Assembly (NCBI GenBank): GCA_040752125.1
Contig: JBFMFK010000006.1
Span: forward strand, 1,152-65,151
Length of the DNA stretch: 64,000 bases
Origin: Patescibacteria group bacterium
Lineage (GTDB): Bacteria > Patescibacteriota > Minisyncoccia > UBA9983
Reading direction: 5' to 3'
The translations under genes and the position numbers were made by a program. The notes beneath the pieces were generated by a model. That model saw only the letters and a list, made by a program, of their open reading frames with translations, did not search any database and had not been told where the DNA came from. Below, piece by piece: positions 29,756 to 38,774 of the stretch. Position 1 is the first letter of the stretch. Each line of letters starts with the position of its first letter.

Positions 29756-29778
29756 TGTGCGACTTCGGAAGTCGAACA
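29756..29778. repeat. REP-like palindrome family B, right copy
   Basis: TGTGCGACTTCGGAAGTCGAACA = exact reverse complement of 29027-29049. Confidence 0.88.
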
Positions 29779-29796
29779 GATTGAGGGCCTGGAATT

Positions 29797-29913
29797 TTAT
29801 ACAGGAAGATTATCAATATCTTCATCTTTGACCAAATCTAAATCATCACTAAAAGCATCATCAGAAAGCAAATCGTTTTTTTCTTCTTTAATTTCATTAT
29901 TTTCTTCTGACAT
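29797..29913 (-). CDS. 38-aa highly acidic small protein (below the ORF-track cutoff)
   Basis: MSEENNEIKEEKNDLLSDDAFSDDLDLVKDEDIDNLPV; ATG 1 nt after the fusA stop. Confidence 0.6.
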   Translation of the reverse strand: MSEENNEIKEEKNDLLSDDAFSDDLDLVKDEDIDNLPV

Positions 29914-29914
29914 A

Positions 29915-32017
29915 CTATTTATTTTTGCCTTCTATGATCAATTGTATAATATTCTGCGGCACAACTGCATAATGATCGAATTCCATAGTAAAGGTTCCTC
30001 TTCCCTCTGTCATTGAACGGAGATTAGTGACATAGCCAAACATTTCAGCCAGAGGAACTTTTGCCTTGATTATTCGCAGACCGCCTCTTTCTCCCATTTC
30101 CTCAATCTGCCCTCGTTTTGAATTAAGATTGCCAGTGATGTCACCCAAAAATTTTTCAGGTGCTATAACCTCAATGTGCATAATAGGTTCAAGTATAACT
30201 GGTTTTGCCATCTTTACTGCTTCTTGTAAAGCGATGGAGGACGCGATTTTAAATGCAGCTTCCGAAGAATCAACTTCATGATATGATCCGTCAAAAAGTT
30301 CTACTGACATATCAATCAATGGGTATCCAGCAACCACGCCTTTTTCCATTGCCTCTTTTACTCCCTTTTCCACAGCTGGTATAAATTCCTGGGGGATAAT
30401 GCCGCCTTTTATAGAATTGATAAATTCAAAACCAGTTCCTCTTTCTTGAGGCCTGATCTTGATTTTCACGTGACCGTATTGGCCTCGACCTCCTGATTGG
30501 CGGATATATTTTCCTTCTGCCTCTGATTCTGAAAGTATTGTCTCCTTATAGGCCACTTGGGGCTTGCCTACATTTGCCTCTACTCTGAATTCACGCCTCA
30601 TTCTATCAACAATAATTTCCAAATGTAATTCTCCCATTCCAGCAATAATTGTTTCAAGAGTTTCAGGATCAGATTTTATCTTAAAGGTTGGATCCTCTTC
30701 TGAAAGACGGCGGAGAGCTAGGCCCATTTTTTCCTGATCAGCTTTTGTCTTTGGTTCTATGCGCATTGAAACCACTGGTTCAGGGAATTCAATCTTTTCA
30801 AGCAAGATTGGCCTTTCTAAATCGCATAATGTATCGCCTGTTCTCGTCCCTTTTAAGCCAACAATTGCGGCAATATCTCCTGAATAAACCTTTTTTATCT
30901 CTTCTCTGTCATTGGCATGCATTCTTAAAATTCTTCCCACTCTTTCTTTTTGATCAGTATTACTGTTCAAAACATAAGATCCTGATTCAAGCACGCCAGA
31001 ATAAACCCTAAAATAAGTGAGTTGGCCTACATAAGGATCTGTCTGTAATTTAAAGGCCAGGGCAACAAAGGGGAGATCGTCTTTTGATTCTATCAGAATT
31101 TCTTCTCCAGTCTTTGGATTATGGGCAACGACAGGCGGCAAATCTATGGGGCTTGGCAAGTAATCAATCACTGCATCAAGCACAAGTTGCACTCCCTTGT
31201 TTTTCAGGGCCGAACCGCAAAAAACCGGCACCAGTTCATAATCCAAAACTGCTTTTCTTAAAATCATTTTTAGTTTCTCTACAGAAATTTCTTTTCCCTC
31301 AAAATATTCCTCCATCGCCCCTTCATCTTTTTCTACAATTTTTTCTACCAGATCTTTGCGAAATTTCTCAACGTCATTTTTAAATTCAATGGGGATTTCC
31401 TCTTCTCTAATTTTTTCTCCAAATTCTCCTTCAAATCTGAAAACTTTTCGGTTCACTAAATCAATAATACCGGAAAATTGATCCTCCAAACCGATAGGCA
31501 GCTGCATTCTGATGGCATTTGGTGTTAATCTTTCTAAAATTGATTTAAAGCTTTTTTCAAAACTGGCACCAGTCCGATCAAGTTTATTAATAAAACAAAT
31601 TCTGGGAACTTTATATTTATCTGCTTGGCGCCATACTGTTTCCGATTGGGGTTCAACACCTGCCACACCGTCAAAAACAATAATGGCGCCATCAAGTACT
31701 CTTAAGGATCTTTCTACCTCTACTGTAAAATCAACATGCCCTGGCGTGTCAATGATATTAATTTTATGCTCGTAATTTTTATCATTATGGCGGTAAAGAG
31801 GTGTCCAGAAACAGGTTGTTGCCGCAGAGGTAATGGTGATGCCTCTTTCTCTCTCCTGTTCCATCCAATCCATCACCGCCCGGCCGTCATGAACCTCGCC
31901 GATCTTATGAGAGACTCCGGTATAAAAAAGCACCCTTTCAGTAAAGGTTGTTTTACCTGCATCTATGTGCGCAACAATACCAATATCGCGTGTTTTTTCT
32001 ATAGAATAATCCTTCAT
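29915..32017 (-). CDS. fusA: Elongation factor G
   Basis: [34 protein letters not shown]. Confidence 0.99.
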   Translation of the reverse strand: MKDYSIEKTRDIGIVAHIDAGKTTFTERVLFYTGVSHKIGEVHDGRAVMDWMEQERERGITITSAATTCFWTPLYRHNDKNYEHKINIIDTPGHVDFTVEVERSLRVLDGAIIVFDGVAGVEPQSETVWRQADKYKVPRICFINKLDRTGASFEKSFKSILERLTPNAIRMQLPIGLEDQFSGIIDLVNRKVFRFEGEFGEKIREEEIPIEFKNDVEKFRKDLVEKIVEKDEGAMEEYFEGKEISVEKLKMILRKAVLDYELVPVFCGSALKNKGVQLVLDAVIDYLPSPIDLPPVVAHNPKTGEEILIESKDDLPFVALAFKLQTDPYVGQLTYFRVYSGVLESGSYVLNSNTDQKERVGRILRMHANDREEIKKVYSGDIAAIVGLKGTRTGDTLCDLERPILLEKIEFPEPVVSMRIEPKTKADQEKMGLALRRLSEEDPTFKIKSDPETLETIIAGMGELHLEIIVDRMRREFRVEANVGKPQVAYKETILSESEAEGKYIRQSGGRGQYGHVKIKIRPQERGTGFEFINSIKGGIIPQEFIPAVEKGVKEAMEKGVVAGYPLIDMSVELFDGSYHEVDSSEAAFKIASSIALQEAVKMAKPVILEPIMHIEVIAPEKFLGDITGNLNSKRGQIEEMGERGGLRIIKAKVPLAEMFGYVTNLRSMTEGRGTFTMEFDHYAVVPQNIIQLIIEGKNK

Positions 32018-32060
32018 AAATATTCATAATATTCGCGAAAAATTCGCTATTCGTTGATCT

Positions 32061-32531
32061 CTACCAGGCGAAGTGAGCAAAGGCCTTATTAGCTTCTGCC
32101 ATCTTATGGACATTTTCTTTTTTCTTTACTGCATGACCTTCATTTTTAGAAGCCGCAATTAACTCTTCAGACAATCTCTTTGTCATCGCCAATCCTTTTT
32201 TTGCTCTTGATCCTTCTAAAATCCATCTGATAGCCAAAGCTGTTCTTCTTTGTGGAGGAACCTCGCGAGGCACCTGATAATTCGCGCCCCCAATTCTTCT
32301 TGATCTTATCTCTATTAAAGGTGTGGCATTCTTTATAGCCAATTCAAAAACTTCCAGAGGTTTTTCTGTTTTGGTTTTCTTTCTAATCTCTTCTAGAGAA
32401 TTGTAGAAAATTTTTCTGGCTAGAGATTTTTTACCGCCTTTCATTAGGGAATTAATAAATTTTTCTGCTAAAACTGAATTAGTGAAAAAGTCCGGCTTAA
32501 TTTCTATTTTTCTTTTTATTTTTTTTCTCAT
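32061..32531 (-). CDS. rpsG: 30S ribosomal protein S7
   Basis: RRIGGANYQVP, MAEANKAFAHFAW; ATG at 32531 gives 156 aa. Confidence 0.96.
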   Translation of the reverse strand: MRKKIKRKIEIKPDFFTNSVLAEKFINSLMKGGKKSLARKIFYNSLEEIRKKTKTEKPLEVFELAIKNATPLIEIRSRRIGGANYQVPREVPPQRRTALAIRWILEGSRAKKGLAMTKRLSEELIAASKNEGHAVKKKENVHKMAEANKAFAHFAW

Positions 32532-32571
32532 ATAAATATAATGCTGAATTAACGCTAATCTTTCGTTCGCA

Positions 32572-32985
32572 TTATGTTTTCGGGCGCTTTGCGCCATATT
32601 TGCTCCTCTGCTGTTTTCTTCCCTCTACCCCGCCAGCATCAAGCACGCCTCTGACAATATGGTAGCGCACCCCAGGTAAATCTTTCACTCTTCCTCCCCT
32701 GATGAACACCACAGAGTGTTCTTGAAGATTGTGGCCAATGCCGGGGATATAAGCAGTTACCTCCATGCCATTAGTTAGTCGCACTCTGGCCACTTTTCTT
32801 AAGGCTGAATTTGGCTTTTTTGGTGTGATGGTCTTAACCTGCAGGCAGACTCCTCTTTTAAGAGGAGAAGGATAAAATATTGGCCTGTTTTTCTTAATAT
32901 TAAAACTATGTCCAAGCGCCACTGACCTAGATTCTTTTTTCATTTTCTTTCTTGGTTTTTTGATTAATTGGTTTATTGTTGTCAT
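32572..32985 (-). CDS. rpsL: 30S ribosomal protein S12
   Basis: [23 protein letters not shown]. Confidence 0.99.
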   Translation of the reverse strand: MTTINQLIKKPRKKMKKESRSVALGHSFNIKKNRPIFYPSPLKRGVCLQVKTITPKKPNSALRKVARVRLTNGMEVTAYIPGIGHNLQEHSVVFIRGGRVKDLPGVRYHIVRGVLDAGGVEGRKQQRSKYGAKRPKT

Positions 32986-33020
32986 AATTTAAATCTGCCC
33001 TTGCGGGCATATCAAAGACT

Positions 33021-33049
33021 ATATTAGCAAAAATAAAAAAGGGGGTCAA
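33021..33049 (-). promoter_or_regulatory. Sigma70-type promoter of the str operon, overlapping an upstream terminator hairpin (33035-33063)
   Basis: TTGACC-17nt-(TGc)TAATAT. Confidence 0.6.
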
Positions 33050-33106
33050 GCAACCCCTTTTTTAATTTTAAGTTATTACACGGTTATACTTATCGTTATA
33101 TTGTAT

Positions 33107-33727
33107 CTAAAATGCGATACCAGTAATTAGTTTAAATAGAAATCCAATCAAAGGTAAAAGGAGTCTAAAGAGAAGAAAAATAAAAACAATAAGGAGAACA
33201 AATCCATAGCGCTCCAAAAAAAACTGAATATTCTGCCATTTGTAGGGTAAGATACTAAAAAGAACCTTGGAACCATCTAATGGCGGAATGGGAACAAGAT
33301 TAAAAACTCCCAAAAGAAGGTTTATAAAAACTATTAAAGATGCTATTTGTAAAAATGAAGGATAAGCAATATTCAAAGAAGGGCTGAATCTGATTAATAA
33401 TCCAAAAAAACCTGCTACCAAAAAATTGGAGACAGGTCCAGCCGCACCCACGATGCCTGGACCCCATTTTTGATTTTTTAAATTATGCGGATTGTAAGGC
33501 ACCGGCTTGGCCCAGCCAAAAATAAAACCGCCCAAAAGAAAAGTCATGATGGGAATCACAACTGAACCTATTGGATCCAGATGTCTGAAAGGATTCAAGG
33601 TCAATCTGCCTGCATAGCGCGCCGTAGGATCGCCCAAGATATTGGCCGTATATCCATGAGAAACTTCGTGAATAACTACAGACATAATCAGGATGGCGAT
33701 TGAAAAAACAAAATCAATTTCTTGCAT
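33107..33727 (-). CDS. Site-2 protease (peptidase M50)
   Basis: HEVSHG, AGP.SN, NLVPIPPLDGSK; ATG at 33727 likely. Confidence 0.92.
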   Translation of the reverse strand: MQEIDFVFSIAILIMSVVIHEVSHGYTANILGDPTARYAGRLTLNPFRHLDPIGSVVIPIMTFLLGGFIFGWAKPVPYNPHNLKNQKWGPGIVGAAGPVSNFLVAGFFGLLIRFSPSLNIAYPSFLQIASLIVFINLLLGVFNLVPIPPLDGSKVLFSILPYKWQNIQFFLERYGFVLLIVFIFLLFRLLLPLIGFLFKLITGIAF

Positions 33728-33792
33728 AGCACTAATTTTTATGTTAACATAAAAATTAGTGAATTCAAAAGGCATTTAAGTTTTGAATTTCT

Positions 33793-33987
33793 ATGAAGTT
33801 TTGTCCAATTTGCAAAAGAGGGATCATGATGGCCAGAAGAAGAAATCTTCTTAGGGGCAAATATAATCCTACAAAACAATCAAAAAGATATCCCAATCTC
33901 CAATGGGCAGTTTTGCCTAATGGAAAAAGAATCAAAATTTGCACCAGATGTATGAAAAAGAGTCTTCATTTACATTTAAAAAAATAA
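33793..33987 (+). CDS. rpmB: 50S ribosomal protein L28
   Basis: CPIC...KRYPNLQ...ICTRCMK. Confidence 0.85.
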   Translation: MKFCPICKRGIMMARRRNLLRGKYNPTKQSKRYPNLQWAVLPNGKRIKICTRCMKKSLHLHLKK

Positions 33988-33989
33988 AA

Positions 33990-34217
33990 ATGTCTTACGA
34001 GCAATTTTTACAGCAAAATTTTTTGTGGCTGATCATTATAACCACGGTCTGGGTACTTCCGTGGAAGGGGGTGGCCTTATGGAAAGCCGCTAAAAATCAT
34101 CATCAGTGGTGGTTTATAGCTCTTCTTGTGATCAATACTTTTGCCATTCTGGAAATTATTTATATTTTCTTTTTTTCAAAAAAGAAAAGGAAATGTAAAA
34201 AGAGTTGCACCGAATGA
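33990..34217 (+). CDS. DUF5652-like small membrane protein
   Basis: WVLPWKGVALWKAA...WF...INTFAILEIIYIF. Confidence 0.8.
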   Translation: MSYEQFLQQNFLWLIIITTVWVLPWKGVALWKAAKNHHQWWFIALLVINTFAILEIIYIFFFSKKKRKCKKSCTE

Positions 34218-34246
34218 TAAGGCACCAGCTTATCCCGCAAGAGAGC

Positions 34247-34333
34247 GGCGGGGTGCCAGAGCGGTTGAATGGGACGGTCTTGAAAACCGTTATACTCGAA
34301 AGAGTATCGTGAGTTCAAATCTCACCCCCGCCG
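34247..34333 (+). tRNA. tRNA-Ser(TGA)
   Basis: ACGGT-CTTGAAA-ACCGT arm, long variable arm, GTTCAAATC. Confidence 0.95.
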
Positions 34334-34366
34334 CTCTCTTGCGGGGTCGAGAAAAACTGGGGCCCG

Positions 34367-34401
34367 AGAGCCTGGTGTATAACCGGGCTCTCTTATTTTT
34401 A
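34367..34401 (+). terminator. Intrinsic terminator after tRNA-Ser
   Basis: GAGAGCCTGG-TGTATAA-CCGGGCTCTC followed by TTATTTTT. Confidence 0.7.
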
Positions 34402-34428
34402 TTAATAATATGTTAAGATTTTACTATT

Positions 34429-34923
34429 ATGGACGATCAAGAAAAAACAAAAGAGGTATTAATATTAGAGCCAATTGAATGGAAGGCGCCAGAATACGAA
34501 TTCTACAAAAAAACGAAAGATTGGTATTGGACCTTGATGTTGATCTCTTTTGCTCTTCTTGCTCTATCTTTTGTTTTTAAAAATATTCTTATGGGAATTT
34601 TAACAATCATTGGATCCTTTGCGCTCATTCTTTTTTCGGTTCGGAAACCCAGGATAATTTCTTTTTCTTTAATGTCACGCGGGATAAGAATGGATGATAA
34701 AATTTACAATTATGAAAATTTGAAAGGTTTCTGGATAGATTACGACCCGCCGCACAAAAAATTCTTGCTTTTGGAATCAAAAAAAATATTTGTACCGCAG
34801 CTAAAAATATTCTTAAATGACGCGGACCCTGTAAAAATACGTGCCTATCTTCTAAAATTTGTAAAAGAGGAGAAATTGGAAGAATCTTTAATGTCAGCCA
34901 TTGCCAGAATATTAAAAATTTAA
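34429..34923 (+). CDS. Conserved hypothetical membrane protein (2 TM + beta domain)
   Basis: IEWKAPEYEFYKKTKDWYW pattern. Confidence 0.75.
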   Translation: MDDQEKTKEVLILEPIEWKAPEYEFYKKTKDWYWTLMLISFALLALSFVFKNILMGILTIIGSFALILFSVRKPRIISFSLMSRGIRMDDKIYNYENLKGFWIDYDPPHKKFLLLESKKIFVPQLKIFLNDADPVKIRAYLLKFVKEEKLEESLMSAIARILKI

Positions 34924-34925
34924 CT

Positions 34926-34997
34926 GTCCTCGTAGTTCAACGGATAGAACATGGGATTGCGGATCCCAAAATCCAAGTTCGATTCTTGGCGAGGGCA
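34926..34997 (+). tRNA. tRNA-Arg(GCG)
   Basis: TGGGA-TTGCGGA-TCCCA arm, GTTCGATTC. Confidence 0.92.
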
Positions 34998-34999
34998 AA

Positions 35000-35257
35000 T
35001 TATTTTCTTAAAAATTTTACGAGACGAGATTTTCTGCGATTAGCAGTATTTTTTTTCAAAACACGTGTTTTGACAGCCTTATCTATGGCCTTGTAAGCCA
35101 TGGGCAACATTTTTTCTGCCTCTTCCGGTTTCCCTTCGGTTTTTAATTTTTTGATTTTTCTTAAAACCTCTTTAATTTTCTTTTTTTTCAAAAGATTTAA
35201 TTCGTGCCTCTTTCTTGATTGTTTTAATGCCTTTTTGGCTGATTTGGTTATTGGCAT
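35000..35257 (-). CDS. rpsT: 30S ribosomal protein S20
   Basis: MPITKSAKKA, IDKA, KNTANRRKSRL. Confidence 0.96.
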   Translation of the reverse strand: MPITKSAKKALKQSRKRHELNLLKKKKIKEVLRKIKKLKTEGKPEEAEKMLPMAYKAIDKAVKTRVLKKNTANRRKSRLVKFLRK

Positions 35258-35336
35258 AATAAAATAAAAGATATACTAAATTGTTTTAAAATGCAAATGC
35301 AAATTGTAAGAATTTATAGTATGATATAGAAGAAAA

Positions 35337-35585
35337 ATGATGCAGTTTCTTTTTCAAAAAAATTTTATATCAGACTTCATTATTAATCAAACGAATCTTT
35401 GGTTTGTTTTTTGTCTATTGGTGGTCATCTTTATAATCATCAGCATTATCCTCATCTACCATTGGAATAAATACGGCTATCAGTCCAAAACCATCAAGCT
35501 GGCAACTATAATTTATTTTTCCGGAGCTGTCATAATCTTTTCCATCCTCGCATTCAGCATTAATAATTATTTTAACAGCTTATGA
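35337..35585 (+). CDS. Small membrane protein
   Basis: two TMs around YHWNKYG. Confidence 0.65.
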   Translation: MMQFLFQKNFISDFIINQTNLWFVFCLLVVIFIIISIILIYHWNKYGYQSKTIKLATIIYFSGAVIIFSILAFSINNYFNSL

Positions 35586-36073
35586 TATTGACATTAGATC
35601 AAGACGAAAAAATAATTTTTCAAAAAAGAAAGTATTGGTTTATCCTGCTGGCAGAAGTTATTATGCTGTCTTTGCTTTTTATTCTTCCTCTGTTGTTTTA
35701 TTTCTCCCTTCCCTTCCAGATAAATAATAATCTCTTTCTCATATTTTTTTTAATCTGGTCGCTTTTCCTATGGGTCATTCTTTTTATTATCTGGACAGAT
35801 TACTATTTAGACTTGTTTATCCTGACTAATAAAAGAGTGGTTGATATTGAGCAGAAAGGTCTTTTTAACAGAGAAATTTCAACTCTTAGCCTTAATTGTA
35901 TACAGGATATTACCATTGAAACAAAAGGCATCATCGCCACTCTTTTGAATTTCGGAAACATTTACATACAAACAGCAGGAGAACGGGAAAGATTTATCAT
36001 CAAAGGAATTTTTCATCCGGAAAAGACAAAGGAAGATGTAAGACTTGCATTAGAGCAATATCAAAAATTATGA
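35582..36073 (+). CDS. Bacterial PH-domain membrane protein
   Basis: ILTNKRVVDIEQKGLFNR, IQD, FGNIYIQTAG. Confidence 0.85.
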   Translation: MILTLDQDEKIIFQKRKYWFILLAEVIMLSLLFILPLLFYFSLPFQINNNLFLIFFLIWSLFLWVILFIIWTDYYLDLFILTNKRVVDIEQKGLFNREISTLSLNCIQDITIETKGIIATLLNFGNIYIQTAGERERFIIKGIFHPEKTKEDVRLALEQYQKL

Positions 36074-36648
36074 TTGCACATTTAAGCGGGAAAATATTAT
36101 TGAGGGGTAATAGATATTTGATAATAAAATCCAATGAAACGGGCTATAAAATATTTGTTACTCCTGAGGCATTAAAAATAGCGAAGAATAAAAATGAATT
36201 TTCTCTCTGGACCCATCTTCATGTTCGTGAAGATGCTCTTGAGCTTTACGGATTTTTAGAATATCCTGAATTGGAATTTTTTGAAATGCTGATAGGTATT
36301 TCAGGCGTCGGCCCCAAATCTGCTTTGGGAATTATTGGTGTGGCTCCCCTTGATACTTTGAAAAGGGCTATTTCCATTGGTGAGACTGAATATCTGACAA
36401 AAGTTTCAGGCATTGGCAGGCGAACCGCTGAAAAAATAATCATTGAATTAAAAGAAAAATTGGGCAGTGCTGATTTTATGACTGATAAAGACGAGGTTTT
36501 AAAAGGAGATCAAGACGTATTTCAAGCTCTCCAATCACTGGGCTATTCCCCGCGCGAATCCCGTGAAGCACTTAAACAAATCCCCAAAGATATTGATAGC
36601 ACCCAAGATAGAATTAAAGAGGCTTTAAAAATTTTAGGCAAAAAATAA
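36070..36648 (+). CDS. ruvA: Holliday junction branch migration protein RuvA
   Basis: HVREDALELYGF, SGVGPKSAL, GIGRRTAEKI. Confidence 0.96.
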   Translation: MIAHLSGKILLRGNRYLIIKSNETGYKIFVTPEALKIAKNKNEFSLWTHLHVREDALELYGFLEYPELEFFEMLIGISGVGPKSALGIIGVAPLDTLKRAISIGETEYLTKVSGIGRRTAEKIIIELKEKLGSADFMTDKDEVLKGDQDVFQALQSLGYSPRESREALKQIPKDIDSTQDRIKEALKILGKK

Positions 36649-36653
36649 AATCA

Positions 36654-37925
36654 ATGGAACTTGAAGCATTTTTAAGAATCGGAAGAAAAATTCTTCCTAA
36701 GAAAATTTTTAGAAAATTACAGCCGATATATCATTGGCTCCTGGCTTTTTTAGCCGCCATAGTTTATCGCTTTCCCTCCAGAAAAATTTTTATCCTTGGC
36801 ATCACTGGTACAAAAGGTAAAACAACTACCATTGAAATCATAAATGCTATTCTTGAAAGATCGGGATACAAAACAGCGCTCACCTCTTCCCTGCGATTTA
36901 AAATCGGAAAAGAATCAAGGAAAAATAAATACAAGATGACTATGCCAGGAAGATTTTTTATACAGAGATTTCTTCACCGGGCAGTAAATGAAAAATGCCA
37001 ATATGCGATTTTAGAATTGACATCAGAGGGCGCCTCGCAATACAGGCATAAATTTATAGATTTTGACGCGCTTATCTTCACCAATCTGGCGCCGGAACAC
37101 ATTGAATCACATGGCTCATTTGAAAAATACCGCGAGGCAAAATTAAAAATTTTTAAGGAGCTTGAAAATTCCAAAAAGAAAACAAAAACAATTATTGTGA
37201 ATGAAGACGACCTTCGTGCTTCATCTTTTTTGAATTTTGATATAGAAAACAAAATAAAATACGGATTTAAAAATCTTGAAGAGATGGGAATCACAACCCA
37301 ACTGATCGGAGAATTTAATTTGTATAATATTTCAGCAGCCATCACCTTTGCCGAATCACAAAGTATTGATTTTGAAATAATAAAATCAGCCATTGAAAAA
37401 TTCCAAGGCGTGGAAGGTAGGATGGAAAAAATAGATGAGGGGCAAAATTTTAAAATTATTGTTGATTATGCTCATACCCCAGATTCTTTAGAAAAAGTTT
37501 ATGAGACTATTAATTCAAGACTCAAGACTCAAGACTCAAGACTAATTTGCGTTTTAGGTGCTTGTGGCGGCGGACGGGATAAATGGAAGAGGCCGGAAAT
37601 TGGTAAAATTGCGGCAAGATATTGTGATCAAATCATTTTAACTAACGAAGATCCTTATGATGAAAATCCTGTTGAAATTTTAGATGATATTGAAGCAGGA
37701 TTTTCTGAAATTCAAAATTCGAAATTCAAAATTCGAAACTACGAAAAAATTTTAGATAGAAGAGAGGCGATACGAAAAGCGTTGAGTTTGGCAAAAATCG
37801 GTGATGCAGTGATTATCACTGGCAAGGGTGCTGAACCTTGGGTTATGGGACCAAAAGGCACAAAAATCCCTTGGGACGACCGCGAAGTCACGCGCGAAGA
37901 ACTAAGAAAAATTCTGCCAAAATAA
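36654..37925 (+). CDS. murE: MurE-like Mur ligase
   Basis: GITGTKGKTT, GRME, VDYAHTPD, GGGRD, NEDPY, ITGKG. Confidence 0.85.
   Translation: MELEAFLRIGRKILPKKIFRKLQPIYHWLLAFLAAIVYRFPSRKIFILGITGTKGKTTTIEIINAILERSGYKTALTSSLRFKIGKESRKNKYKMTMPGRFFIQRFLHRAVNEKCQYAILELTSEGASQYRHKFIDFDALIFTNLAPEHIESHGSFEKYREAKLKIFKELENSKKKTKTIIVNEDDLRASSFLNFDIENKIKYGFKNLEEMGITTQLIGEFNLYNISAAITFAESQSIDFEIIKSAIEKFQGVEGRMEKIDEGQNFKIIVDYAHTPDSLEKVYETINSRLKTQDSRLICVLGACGGGRDKWKRPEIGKIAARYCDQIILTNEDPYDENPVEILDDIEAGFSEIQNSKFKIRNYEKILDRREAIRKALSLAKIGDAVIITGKGAEPWVMGPKGTKIPWDDREVTREELRKILPK
37515..37542 (+). repeat. (TCAAGAC)x4 heptamer tandem repeat in murE
   Basis: encodes SRLKTQDSRL. Confidence 0.85.
37708..37742 (+). 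repeat. (AAATTCR)x4-5 heptamer tandem repeat in murE
   Basis: encodes EIQNSKFKIRNY. Confidence 0.8.
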
Positions 37926-37993
37926 AAACTTTTTTCTTAATTATAGAATTATAGAGCTATAGAAGAAAAAATATCTTATTATATTCCTTAACA

Positions 37994-38014
37994 CTTATTT
38001 GCGATAGCAGATAA
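37994..38014. repeat. Palindrome upstream of the PaaX-like gene
   Basis: CTTATTTGC-GATA-GCAGATAA. Confidence 0.7.
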
Positions 38015-38018
38015 ATGT

Positions 38019-38046
38019 TTGACTGTTGTTTTGATTGGATTATAAT
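38019..38046 (+). promoter_or_regulatory. Sigma70-type promoter of the PaaX-like gene
   Basis: TTGACT-16nt-TATAAT. Confidence 0.6.
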
Positions 38047-38079
38047 TATTTGTGACTAATAGCGGTGAATTTTATATTT

Positions 38080-38634
38080 ATGTCACGAGGAATAGGAAAC
38101 ACACAAAAGAAAATCTTGCTTCTTTTATTCGCCGGTTTGGCTCTTGGCTTTTCTGGCTCTCCAAAAACATCTTTTCAAATCATCAAAGGAATTAAAGAGG
38201 AATGGAAAGAAATCGATCGCCAAGCCCTAAAGCGCTCCGTTAAAAAATTATACGAATCCAAACTTGTTGCAGAAAAAGAAAATCGCGACGGCACCATCAC
38301 TCTCATATTGACTAACAAAGGCAGACAAAAAGCTCTTACCTATAATCTTGATGAGGTGGAAATAAAAAAACCAAAACAATGGGATAAAAAGTGGAGAATT
38401 GTTTTGTTTGATATTCCGGAAAAGATTAAAAAGGTTCGGGAGGCCGTGAGAATGCATTTAAAAAACCTCGGATTCTATGAATTTCAAAAATCTGTTTTTG
38501 TGCATCCTTACGATTGTCAAGATGAAATAAATTATATTGTAGAATTTTACGATATCAGAAAATTTGTAAGATTCATTGTCGCCGAATCACTGGATAATGA
38601 ATTGCATTTGAAACAGTATTTCAATCTATTATGA
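38080..38634 (+). CDS. PaaX-family protein (wHTH + Cas2/VapD-like domain)
   Basis: LTNKG wing, WDKKWRIVLFDIPE, LGFYEFQKSVFVHP. Confidence 0.85.
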   Translation: MSRGIGNTQKKILLLLFAGLALGFSGSPKTSFQIIKGIKEEWKEIDRQALKRSVKKLYESKLVAEKENRDGTITLILTNKGRQKALTYNLDEVEIKKPKQWDKKWRIVLFDIPEKIKKVREAVRMHLKNLGFYEFQKSVFVHPYDCQDEINYIVEFYDIRKFVRFIVAESLDNELHLKQYFNLL

Positions 38635-38673
38635 ATTATGACAACAATTTATAATTTCAAACGCAGATATACT

Positions 38674-38694
38674 CTTATCTGCGATAGCAAATAT
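38674..38694. repeat. Palindrome downstream of the PaaX-like gene
   Basis: CTTATCTGC-GATA-GCAAATAT. Confidence 0.7.
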
Positions 38695-38774
38695 AGGTAT
38701 GGTAGGGATGATAGTGATTGTAATGTGGGTACATTAATATACATTAATATAAGTAATACTAAATAAAAATTAAC

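Noticed and set aside
32532-32597. N-terminal extension of S7 in the ORF track
   Set aside because: Overlaps rpsL; ATG at 32531 gives the normal 156-aa length.
34141-34416. ORFs overlapping tRNAs (also 4927-5190, 5771-6010, 6868-7113)
   Set aside because: They run through tRNA genes; spurious.
38080-38634. CRISPR-Cas locus (Cas2-like motif)
   Set aside because: No repeat-spacer array, cas1 or other cas gene seen; protein has an N-terminal wHTH like PaaX.
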